A program made the translations under genes and the position numbers. A DNA stretch of 64,000 nt from Takakia lepidozioides (taxonomy: Eukaryota; Plantae; Bryophyta). Positions 1-10,660 of this stretch are shown here, piece by piece (position 1 is the stretch's first letter; each line of letters starts with the position of its first letter). The notes under the pieces were generated by a model. That model saw nothing but the letters and a program-made list of their open reading frames with translations. It searched no databases and was not told where the DNA came from. The stretch spans positions 63,488,001-63,552,000 of the forward strand of contig CM060734.1 in NCBI GenBank assembly GCA_030704615.1, in the 5' to 3' direction.

Positions 1-860
1 TCTACTGTACAGAGACTGCAGGATATTCCCAGCTTGGCCATGGTATTGGGCATGTAGCCTGGTCGCCCTAGTAGCTGCAGACAGACTATACTCATACTCC
101 CTGAGTGAAGGCTTGGTGCAGAAGGCCTAGTCTTCTGACTGCCCTCATATGTATGCAGACATTGGAAACCCATGGTTCCAAGAGCCAAGAGGAGGGGTTA
201 GTTGTTAGTTCCACATATCATTCCTGGTAGCCATGAGTAGTGAGACCAGTGGTTGCAAAGACCAGAGAAAATCCTCTCGCACCTCAGGGCCCTTAAAAAG
301 TTTTATACCTTAAGCATCTGAGGAAAATAACCCAGCCTGTAAATGGGAAGAAGACTAGCACTGTTCAAAGGATTGAAGTAAAATGTTCTCATCAGGGCAG
401 TAGCCAACCGAAAGCTTAAGAGCATCAGAGGCAACACTCTTTTACAAGGAAGTAGCTCACCAATAGTGGTTCTGTGCCTAAACTTAATACAACCTTATAA
501 CTTGCTCCAGAAATACAGTCCTCATGTGAGTCACTGGGAAATGGTAAGCTGAAATTGTAATTGGGCATTTGCTGAAAGACAGGCCAGCTTCAATCCAAGA
601 AGCACATTCATATCAAAATTGATGAAGCCCTACCGAATGCAATTTAAAAGTGAAAATTGAAGAGGACATCGGCATAAGATCTAAAGATTGGCTTCAGCTG
701 TGCAAAAGCAGCTCTTTCAGCTGCACCAGCCAGTACCATTGACAGTATCACCAGAAGGTTTATTAGCTTCGTCTCCTCGGTAGAAACAGGATCCCTTAGA
801 CACCCCACCAGCTAAGTAGCCATCTACAGCATTTGACATTTTGACAAGCTGCAATCTTCA

Positions 861-1866
861 TCATCTGGCCATTGCGGAATCTCCACCATTTTCTTGAGAC
901 CTTAAATTCTCCCACAAGTAGCGGCCGCTTGCCATGTCAACCAAAAGCCAAAAGCCTGAGGCAATCTTCGAGGATACCTGCAAAAGGGTAGAAAAAATAG
1001 CTTGTTGTGACCTTCTTTCATCAACTGCCCACATGTGCAGAATATAAACTATAGCGCTCAGAGTGCATTGTCCATGTATGTAGCTGTGGGATGAAACCAT
1101 GGAAATCCTGACCAACAGATACAGGGACAAAAACTTAAGCCCACCAGAAGATGGTACATCCTTCCTGCGTAGGGCAAGGGAAGAGAGAGAAGCAGGTTGT
1201 ACTGCTCCTTTGCAGATCTGCTAGATGGACACATCCCAACCTGGACGAAGATCTGACGCTCGTGAGAAAATATATCAAAAGCAGTAGAAAGTTCCTAAAC
1301 TGGCTACAAGATGATAACCGGTCTAGGCCTTCCAGGAGCTTGTCCGTGACCCACAGAAAGTCGCATGTTGGCATTAGGAAAACAGACACTAACGTGTGCA
1401 AAGTCGTAAGGAATGAGAGGGCACATGCTTGCAGTCTCAAGGGAAAACCTTACAAAACTCCCTTCACCAACTGAAGTGAAGGGGTAGATGGTATTACACA
1501 TGGCTACCAAGCAACAAGCGGTCTGTGATTAAGGACCAACTTGTTTGAAATGGGAAAGTTCATTCCAGAAAAATTTGCGAATATCGTTCCAGAGTCAACG
1601 GAAGATGAATTGCCGACTTGGTCTTTGAAAGGGAAGACCATTAAATGTATACGTGATCAAACACAGTTGGTTCAGTAGAGACCAACGAGAAGCTCTCGGC
1701 TCACCTTGCTCACACTGCTTCGTTTCTGTGAGGTAGCTGTAGACGCCTCATCCTTCAGTTCAGTAACATCCAGAATGCTAGTGCCCTTCGAACGCACGGT
1801 TTGAAATGCAAAGTACCCGGCCAAAAGGGCCGAGAGAAACACGAGGATCACACGTAATGGACACAT
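861..1866 (-). CDS. Conserved small plant membrane protein (~92 aa, At5g58375-like 'methyltransferase-related' family); exons 1866-1705 and 977-861
   Basis: Exon 1 reads MCPLRVILVFLSALLAGYFAFQTV (hydrophobic helix) and ends AAG|GTGAG. Acceptor TTTTGCAG| precedes exon 2, VSSKIASGFWLLVDMASGRYLWENL, which carries the family GFW..VDMASGRYLW motif. The join is in frame (phase 0). Confidence 0.85.
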
Positions 1867-2723
1867 GGCTCCTTGCTCCTTTCAAAACACAGCCCCGCCA
1901 AATGGGTCCGTCCACCCTAGATGTGAACAAAAAGTGAAGGGAACACAAACCCGGACGACTACTTCACAAGACACCAACCTTATTTCTTATCTGTCTCGAT
2001 TTCGACGCCACAGACTAGATCCCCCGGCAAATAGCGACCAGCTCAATGCATCGACAGCCTCCCGCAAACGAATGTGGTGGACAACTTGAGAAACGGGAAT
2101 GGCCACAGGGCCAATGAGAAAAGAACACTGCTAGCTAACTACATTCCAAAGAGAGAGATGAGAGCAAAAACAGTAGAGGGGAAGATAAATTGCAGCAAAG
2201 GCGGAAAAGTCAGGGAGCCAAGATGCGCGAAGGGCAAGCATGGATCCGTGGGCACTGAGTCAACTGAGCAAGCTAGGGTGAATGTAGCTGGCAGGCGACG
2301 GCCATGTCCAAGTCTAGTCTGGCGTCTCTCTTCTGTGTCTCACATTTCACGCGTCACTCCGCCCTCGTACGCGGCCTCATCCTCTCCTCCTCATTATCAT
2401 CCATCCACGCCTGCACGTTTGAACTTTCTACCTACTGGGATACCTTTATTGCGTCCATGGACGTGAGCATCGTGGCAGCGTTGCCACTTGCCACCTGCAT
2501 ATATTCCGATTATTGGATGGAAGTTGATGGATGGATGATGCAAAAAGTGTAATCACGTGGCCTAGTCAACCAGGGTTCCCGTTGCAGGGTTTTGTTTGAG
2601 AAATCGAGAGGCAAGTGCGGGGTGGGGGGTGCGACAGGATTGGGAGATCTAAGAATTTTCCTCTTGATACGTTGAAGAGGTGTGGAAACTGCAGTATTTT
2701 GGAGTTTGATCGGGAGAGGAGCT
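1867..2723. promoter_or_regulatory. Probable bidirectional promoter region between two head-to-head genes
   Basis: The start codons of the small-protein gene (1866, -) and the ZOP1-like gene (2724, +) are ~860 bp apart and divergent. The interval has several ACGT/G-box-like cores (e.g. CACGTG at ~2554). Confidence 0.5.
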
Positions 2724-5700
2724 ATGACTGAGGTGAGTATTAGGTGCATTATCCTTGCCCTTGTAAGTTGTTTTCTCATCCCATCATCTATTTGTTGGGA
2801 GGTTTGGATGATTGCATGGTCCATATATCATGAATTCTAGCAAGAAGGTGCAAGTCATGAAGCACACTGGCGAAGGAGGATGATAGCAAATTCTCACTTA
2901 CGGCTTCTCGGTCTTCCTACATGACATCGAATGTTACACAGAGAGTTATGGTTAGGTTGATAACGACAGTATCGACAGACTCCCTTTGATCAATTGCAAG
3001 CTAAACTTTCATCTTCGGATCAAAATTTAACCTAATTTGCGAAAGTTGTTCTTGTTTCCCCATGGATGCTTTGAACCACCTGGTTGCTTTTAGGAAAAAC
3101 TCATGGACGAATGATTCAGAGGCAGTGAGATGGTAGTAGAGGCCCTCAACCAAAGCATGGAAAGGGAGATCTTGATAACAATTGTGAAATGGGTAAAATG
3201 ATCTTCACTAGCTGGTTTACCTTAGGCTACGGCTGTTCGAAATAATTTATGAAAGCTTGCTGCAGACTGTGTAGTACATTGTTGACTAGTGGAATGTTGC
3301 TTTTCAGTTGCCTGTGGCTCTCTGTTCTTTTAGGGCATATTGGTGCTGGACTGCCCTCTGCAATTCCCAAGGGTTTCTGCATAGTCTTAACAGGTGTCGA
3401 CGAAGTCAGCCTTAATGGTTCTCCAAAATGTGACACAGCTTTGTTGCACCTCATCAAAGAACGTGCTAGAAATCTGCTCCAGTTTCAGGCCTTGAGTTGA
3501 ATGCATTGTTGTCTGTCTTTTGTATAGAGATGTTACCACCGAGTTTTCCAAGTAGAAAACTCACTCTCGGAGACACTCTGAAGCAGAGATAAACCAGCTA
3601 GCCATTCCTGATGCTTGGTTCACGTTTAATGCTTCTGGTTGCAAAGTTTAAGCATTTCAGGCACCCATTCATCTAGAAATGTAGGTCACATATGTTGTGG
3701 AAACTATGTCTTCCATAAGATACACTTGGACGGTGCTGTGTGAGAGTGAGTCACACAAGCTGGAGGAAGATCTTCCAAGTATTTACGAGTTAGAACCTTT
3801 TGTACTTTAGTTCCAAATCCTCTTACTCTGAGACTCGGAAGGTTGTGGTCATGGGTTTTGTGACAGTAGAGGTCATCCTGAGCTGGAATCAAGTCACGTT
3901 TGTCGAATTTGTCTGATGGGCTGGAAATTTTGCAGCAAAGCTACTCTCAAGCCAGCTTGGATTAACTATGTTCATGGAGCTCACTTGAACTATCTCAATG
4001 GTGGATGTACTCATAGATATGTCTTGGCTACATTTTTTTGCAGTATTTCTGTACACTCCTGCAAATTGGTCAACTTATAACACACTCGGTCTAATATTTT
4101 AATTCCATCTGCAGTACTGGGTCAGCCAAGGAAACAAGTGGTGTGATTATTGCAAGATTTACATTGCCAACAATGCCACCAGCCTCCGCAACCATGAATT
4201 TGGGCAGCGCCACAAGGAGAATGTTGCAAAGCGGCTTGCAGCTATGCGCAAAGACAACATTGTGAAAGAGAAGGAGAAGCAGCAGGCTTTGAAGGACCTT
4301 GAGCGCATTGAAGCGGTAAGTAGACATTTTGGGAAAGCATCTCAGTATCTAGGGTCTGATGGTCATATGTCTCAAACATTAACTGTTTGATCTGTACACC
4401 TTACACCTTTGCTTTAGTGTTTTCATGTAAATTGTGCATGGGAAGATCGCATGGGGGAGGGGGGCTGCAAATGAGATTTGTGGGCATGTGACTTTTTCAG
4501 GACAATACGATCCCCAGTTCCCATTTTGTTTGTTTCTCAAACAAAATATACATTCCTTGTCTTTCGGTGACAAAAGCTTTGTAGTGCTGTGCTGCAGCTG
4601 CCATGTTGAATTTCCATTTGGTGCTAAGCTTGCTGTCCATTCCTTGTTCAGTATGAAAAACGCTCAGCATGCTTTCCTGATCCTCAACTGGCGTGTCTTT
4701 CTTGTCGGTTTTCTTTAGTTCTTTTTCCTTTGACTTTCATGCTTGAAGCCTAAGGCATGATTCACATGCTAGACCTAAAACCAATTAAAGCTATTGGATT
4801 TCTTCACAAAGATCAAGCATCGTTGTTGTCTTTTGGCCTCCTGCCTGACAGTGGGAGGCTGTTTTTGAAGACACTCAAACTGAGGTGGAGATTTGAATCA
4901 GTCTGATGGCACATCAACACATTAGGGGAAGTTGTGAGCTAATTAAGATACTAGTCTCTTGATCTCCTTAGTTTCTTGGCGATCAATCCCTGTGATATCT
5001 TTATATGGAAGGTGACTGAGAACTGCTAACGCAGGAACGCAAGCTGATCACAAGCCCTGTGAGAATCTGACGTAGAAGTTGATGATGCCCTGTTCAAGCT
5101 TTGTTCCAACTAGACCTGCTAAGACTCGAGATCAGCGCTAATCAAACACACTTCAAACTGTAAAATAGGAAATGAAAGTTGATCAAGACATGATAATCAC
5201 AAGCGGCGAGCTTGAGGCTTGAGCAACAACCTGTAGCACTAGTCAGACAGAGTGAGAACATCCTATAAAAATAGAGATCAAGGAGCACCTGCAGTAACCA
5301 CGAGCTAGGAAACTGATTCACAGCAGCCGTAGGATGCATGGTGTGATCTAGTGAAAACTATTTTGGTTCAAAATAGACTGCATAAAATTTGGTAAAATGT
5401 GAAATTCTGAGGGTAAAATTGCATAGTAGATTTTAAGGTAGATAAACCACCCCACTCATACAGACTACATTTGGAGCTAAATTGAGTTAAGTGCACACCC
5501 TTGAGAAACATTTTAAAGTTCTGAGCCTTAAAATGTCGGTGTAGGAACGTTGGTAACAAAAGGTACACTTGTAGCACGTCATGTTCTGTGGTGTGGAGTG
5601 TGCGTAAACAAACTAAATCCAAATGAACGCACATTAATCAAATGAACACTGGAAGATATGTATAATCATGTCTAGACAAGATGTGACTAAGCCAATACTT

Positions 5701-8700
5701 CGCCAGGACATAAGCAGAGAATGTCGAATGCCTTACTAAACTATCGAGTAAGTTATGGTGGGAAGGAGGTCCATTCAGCCATATCATGACCTTACAGAGA
5801 CCTATAATATTGCTAGAGAAGTCCGAGGTAGATTTAGGTAGCAGCACGCATGACAATGTCCAGGGTATATTCGGCCATAGGCCAAGCTGACTAACTAATT
5901 TTGATCTTGTGCCCTTCATCCCAAAGCAAAGGCATCTTCAAGAGAAATTTCACCAAATGAAAGACAGTTGCTTATGCTAGTCACACTTAACCAAAAAGAA
6001 GTGTTGAGTGTGACACCAGGATGATAGCCATAGCACATTCAATGGTGTCTCACCTGGATCCATTGCAGCTAACCAACAAACCAATAGGTGAGTTATTTCT
6101 GTGGAACCCCATGCTTACAGCATCACTTGTTATCGAATTCAACCAGGGAGAAATTATGACAGCATAGCCGCATCCTGATAATACTCACGTGTAGTTGATT
6201 ATTACTCACTCACCTCTCTTTGATTCAAAGTAGCAACAACACTGATCAGATCCAAAGGTTGCAATGAAGACTAAGACAGGAGGTCCTTCCCTTAGTCTCT
6301 TATATATCTGCATCTGTAGACCTAGTCTACCCTGAAATAAGCATCCATACAGCACCGTCCCAGGAATCACTTCGTTAATGAGCCAGGTGGTTGGTCTTCG
6401 AAAGATTGCATAGGGATCTTAGCAAGAGAAGTGTAAGAAGGCCACTGACTTCCTTTAGAGCTGTCTGGTCCTAGAGGATCTCCACAAACTTTGGAGCTGG
6501 TTGTTGTCGTGAGTAGGTCAGAAGGCCTGATGAATGAAGCACTTATAAACCTGAAGCCTTAGCTTCATCCAGTAACATGTGCAACATCAGAACCAAATTG
6601 AGAGAGAGAGGTTGCTGCTGTCATGTCAAGATAAGTTTTGAATGCGAGAGGATAGCAAGTTGAGGGGAAACCCTTCTCTTCCGGACACAGGCCCCATCAT
6701 ACTTTCAAAGTCTCTTTTATATTTTCAGCTTACCTCTAGTCTCAGTGGGTGGGCGGGAGGGAGGTAGAGAGTACGTCCGGTGTAGTTCCCACAACCGGGG
6801 AATTTAACACCACCTTGATAAATAAGAGTACCACATCAGATACCACCCAAGCCAAAGCCAAAGCTGCTGAATACATGTATTTCAGAGCTATGATAGATAG
6901 TGACATCATAGCTTAGGATTATCAGCCAGCATAGTAGCAGATAATCCTTCATGAGGGTTCCAAACTCCATGGTAGGCATCCAAACCTTATCCACAAGGTT
7001 CGGAGAAGAAAGTTATCAGACAACAACCCCTCCTAGCTATGAAGGCAAAGGTGAAGCCTCACCTGCTTGGACAGCTGGATAGAGTAAGAACTATAGCAGA
7101 GAGAGAATGTACTTTGTTACGTTGACATTGATGTTTGCTGTAGCCTTGTGGCCACAGACCCCGCAACCAGCTTGGGCAGAACTAGAGTAGAGAGAACATT
7201 GCTATAGCCTCATAGTCATAGAGGACTAACCCAGTTTGAGCAGAACCAGAGGAAACCAAAACTACCTTTGTGAGGGGCTCACTCCAGTTGTGGACTCACC
7301 GCGATATAAACAATTTGTTAGAGAGAGGTTACCGCTGTCATGTCAAGACAGAATATGACTGATTCATACCAAATCAGTCAAGAAATTTTATGACATCATA
7401 TGCCTGAAACTTCCCTCAACATACTTTACAGTCTCGAGAATAGAAGAGGATGTACTCATAAGGTATTTTGCTGTAGCCTCGTGGATAGAAATGTCGGTTT
7501 ATGTTTGCACCTACAATTGGAAAGAGGTGCATGCAGTCAATCCGATTTGTTGACATAAATTTGGCCTCTAAATTTTATGTCAACCTCTTTCCATCATTAG
7601 TTACCTCTCAAATGTGATTTTAGAGTTTACTTGGCTCTCACATTAATATATTTTATGGTATTGCCATGGAGTTTATGTCTTTCCCAAAAAATTTAACAGT
7701 GTGTATGTTGGCTTCACTTGGCCTGGCTTGGTTGGGCAGCAAGCGAAGAAAAGCTATGAGAAAGATCTTGCTGCCCTTCAGCAGGCTGATCCAGCAGTAG
7801 CTGAGAGGCTCGCAGTGTCTACGAATAGTACGACTTTCAAACTTCGAGAAGAGCTGGGTGTACCAGGGGAGGTTTCCATTGAGGCCCCCATAGGGAGCGC
7901 TTCAGAACTGCAGCCTCAAAGTATCAACCAAGGAAAAACAAATGGTAAGTGACGATGTAGCTAGTGTCTTGAAGACAAATCTAAAAAGCTAGGACAACTT
8001 TTGGAGATTCAGTATTGTGAACTTGCCCCCTTCCCCCATATCGATCAAAAGTTTGGATTGTTTGGTCAGAAATCTTCAATAGGAACAGGCTGATGACAAG
8101 CTCCTTCATTCTCTTGCCATCTCTGTTCCAGAACTGGAGTGATCTCCCTGCTGCTCTCCCTGATTTCCTCTTCCCCTTCTGTTCCTCTCTTCCGCTCCCT
8201 TCAACTGGGTGCATAGTCTTAGCAAAAGCAATTTTTAATCATGGCATTCTCTCCGTTGTTCTTTGGTTTGGCAGATTGGACCTATGATGAAAGAACAGGC
8301 TATCATTTCAATGCTGCGACAGGCTACTACTATGACCCGAACTCTTCTCTCTACTATAGTGATATATTAGGTACTGGACTTCCCCTACTTTCATCTACGA
8401 AGCTAGTTGCTCTGACACATTTACTGTCAATATCGGATTCTATAACAACTTTGCCATTGTACATGTTTTGTTTTTCTTTTCTCTTTCACTTGGGTCCTCC
8501 CTTCCCACATTTATCTTTATGTGGAGGGGAAAGAGTAGAAAGCTCCTTGAATTGCTGAATAACCAAAGGAAGGAACTCAATTATGTCCTAAAAAAGTGAC
8601 AGTCCTTAGTAAGCTTTCAGTCTCTTCATCCCTAGATTGCAAAATGCGTTGTTGGAATGGATGTGGATGTTCCCAGGTAAGTGGTCAACACAAGATGACG

Positions 8701-9086
8701 CTTTAAAAGCTTCTCAAACTGCACAAACAGAGGCTGGCATTGCACCTGTAAACCTGTCAGGCTCAAAGGCAGCTGTAACTTCAAGACAAGAAGAGATTGG
8801 GAACCATTCTCTAAAATCCTCCCCTTCCCTCAGCTCAGAGTTTAAAAAGAATGGACTGAAAGCCTCCAGCACCATCCCTCAAGGATCAGTAACTTCATCA
8901 AGGCCAATCCCTAGCAAGGGAGGTAGGGGAGTCTCATCCTCTGTGGAAGTGGGCAAGAGGAAAAGGGAGGACAAAGCAGGCCCAGTTACTAGTGAAGAGG
9001 CAGCCGCATTGGCAGAAAGAGAAGCTGCGAGGAGACGGACTCAGGAGAGAGAGAAATCTTTATTGGGTCTTTATCAAGCATACTAA
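2724..9086 (+). CDS. ZOP1: ZOP1-like zinc-finger (U1/matrin C2H2) and OCRE-domain splicing factor; exons 2724-2732, 4115-4315, 7740-7944, 8275-8370, 8677-9086
   Basis: MTE|YWVSQGNKWCDYCKIYIANNATSLRNHEFGQRHKENV matches the plant ZOP1 N-terminus. OCRE repeats DWTYDERTGYHFNAATGYYYDPNSSLYYSDILGKW and the C-terminal REAARRR..REKSLLGLY are present. All introns are GT-AG and phases are compatible. Confidence 0.9.
5368..6200 (-). mobile_element. Degenerate L1-type LINE ORF2 remnant inside ZOP1 intron 2
   Basis: Broken minus-strand frames (YVLAKYW; LWPNIPWTLSCVLLPK) resemble the post-RT region of plant L1 ORF2, with many stops. Boundaries are approximate. Confidence 0.35.
7098..7490 (-). mobile_element. 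Two antisense copies of the LINE/SINE 3' tail family also found in MTR4 introns
   Basis: The reverse complement of 7098-7160 reads GGCCACAAGGCTACAGCAAAC...AGTACATTCTCTCTCT. 7445-7485 is a second, diverged copy. Confidence 0.6.
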
Positions 9087-10509
9087 GTTGCCTGTTTTAG
9101 CTGTTGCCCCTCTTTTTCGCTCTGTGCCTCCCATACACTCTCCAATTTACATTGCAACCACAGCTGGATGTTGTACCTCATTTGAGGTAGAGGGGCTGCG
9201 GTAGTGATGCTGGGTATGGTTATCAGGTTCTTAATTTGACCCTGATCTCCCTGTATTCAACTGTAAGAACTTGTCAGAGTGCGTCAGTGGAGTTCACATC
9301 TCATGGATCACCAGCAGCTCTGGGAGGGTTAGTTTCCCCAAGGTCCATTTACCCCTAGGGTTTTGAAACTGTTAAAGAGCACACTCTCTTGCCCTTGCCA
9401 CTGCCTCTGGGCTTCTCATCCTTGGTATGATGTGAGTACCTCTATAGAGATCCTTTACTCCGGGGTTACACTAAATGCAGCCATGAGCACTGCTGCCATG
9501 GCCATTATGGAAGCTGCTCTTTTTGAGGGTTGCTTTATGACTTCTTTAAGAGTTATTTGCCCCTATCATAGCTCGACACGACACAAAAATACCATGTTTT
9601 CTTGCTAAGGTGCCAGCAAGCAAGCAGGTAGACGGTGCTCGTGGTCTTGAGAAGAGCTTAGCAGGAGAAGCAGCACTTTGGTGGGTGGGGGGCTGGGGGT
9701 TGTGTTGCTAAAACACTTTGCGAAATGTTCTTAATACTATTTCGAAGAAGAATGTTCTCTCACATGCCTTCTTCGTGCTTCCTCTCTCTGTGCCTCCTCT
9801 GCCACCAAACTTATGTGCAATCTTTGAGCTGTAGAGCTGTTGCATCAAGTTACAATCTTTTAGGCTTTCATCAAGTACTCTTGTCATTTCAAGCTAACCT
9901 TCTATCAACTCTCTCAAGGAGGACAGGTCTTTTTTTCGTTTTATGAAAATGTTCTTTGTACTGGATTGAACACTGAAGCTGTATGAGCTTTACAAATGTA
10001 GAGGAAAGAATGGACATCATGGATTAGAGTCATAAATCAATAATAAAATACACAAATACCATTACAGCCGAACTTTCAAGTAGCCACCATGGAAATAGAC
10101 ATTGGTAGGTTAAGGCTAGCTTCCGGCAAAATTCATGCAAGTTAGTCAAAGGCTCTTTCTGAAGCAGTACCATGGGAAACAAACAAACATTCCATATGTA
10201 CGATGCTGAACAAATTTGTGCACAAGGCTGCCCTTTCACCTAAAAACCACTTCGCCCGGCTGCACCCCCATTCCTGGGTCCACAAAACCAGGTCTGAATC
10301 CAATTTTTTTAGCCCCTCTAGTCAAGCTCATTATGAATCATGTTCACTTTCATCAGCAAGCTTTGAAGGCCCTCCATCATTCCCACACCAGAACTATGAC
10401 AGCACTCTAATTTATAACCAGAATCGATCAAAATCCCCCCATCAATTGCAATTATGGACTGACTTCCCACCTATGCTGGGTAGACCCCACTACCATTTCC
10501 TGTGGATAT

Positions 10510-10660
10510 GCCATAAAGCTGTGCACCCTGTTGCAGACCTCGATGCAGCAGCCACCTGGCTCCTTTCTAAGCCCTCTGACCTTCATCACTTTTTTGCACT
10601 TTGCACCATCATCCTACCTGCCAGCTGTGGCATGGATGTTTTATAGCAACACATAGTCGC
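10510..10660 (-). pseudogene. Frameshifted and nonsense-disrupted E2 motif and PG box of the PPR gene
   Basis: After DTAT a shifted frame reads YVLL*NIHATAGR*DDGAKCKKVMKVRGLRKEPGGCCIEVCNRVHSF, i.e. E2 plus PG box with two in-frame stops. Confidence 0.8.
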
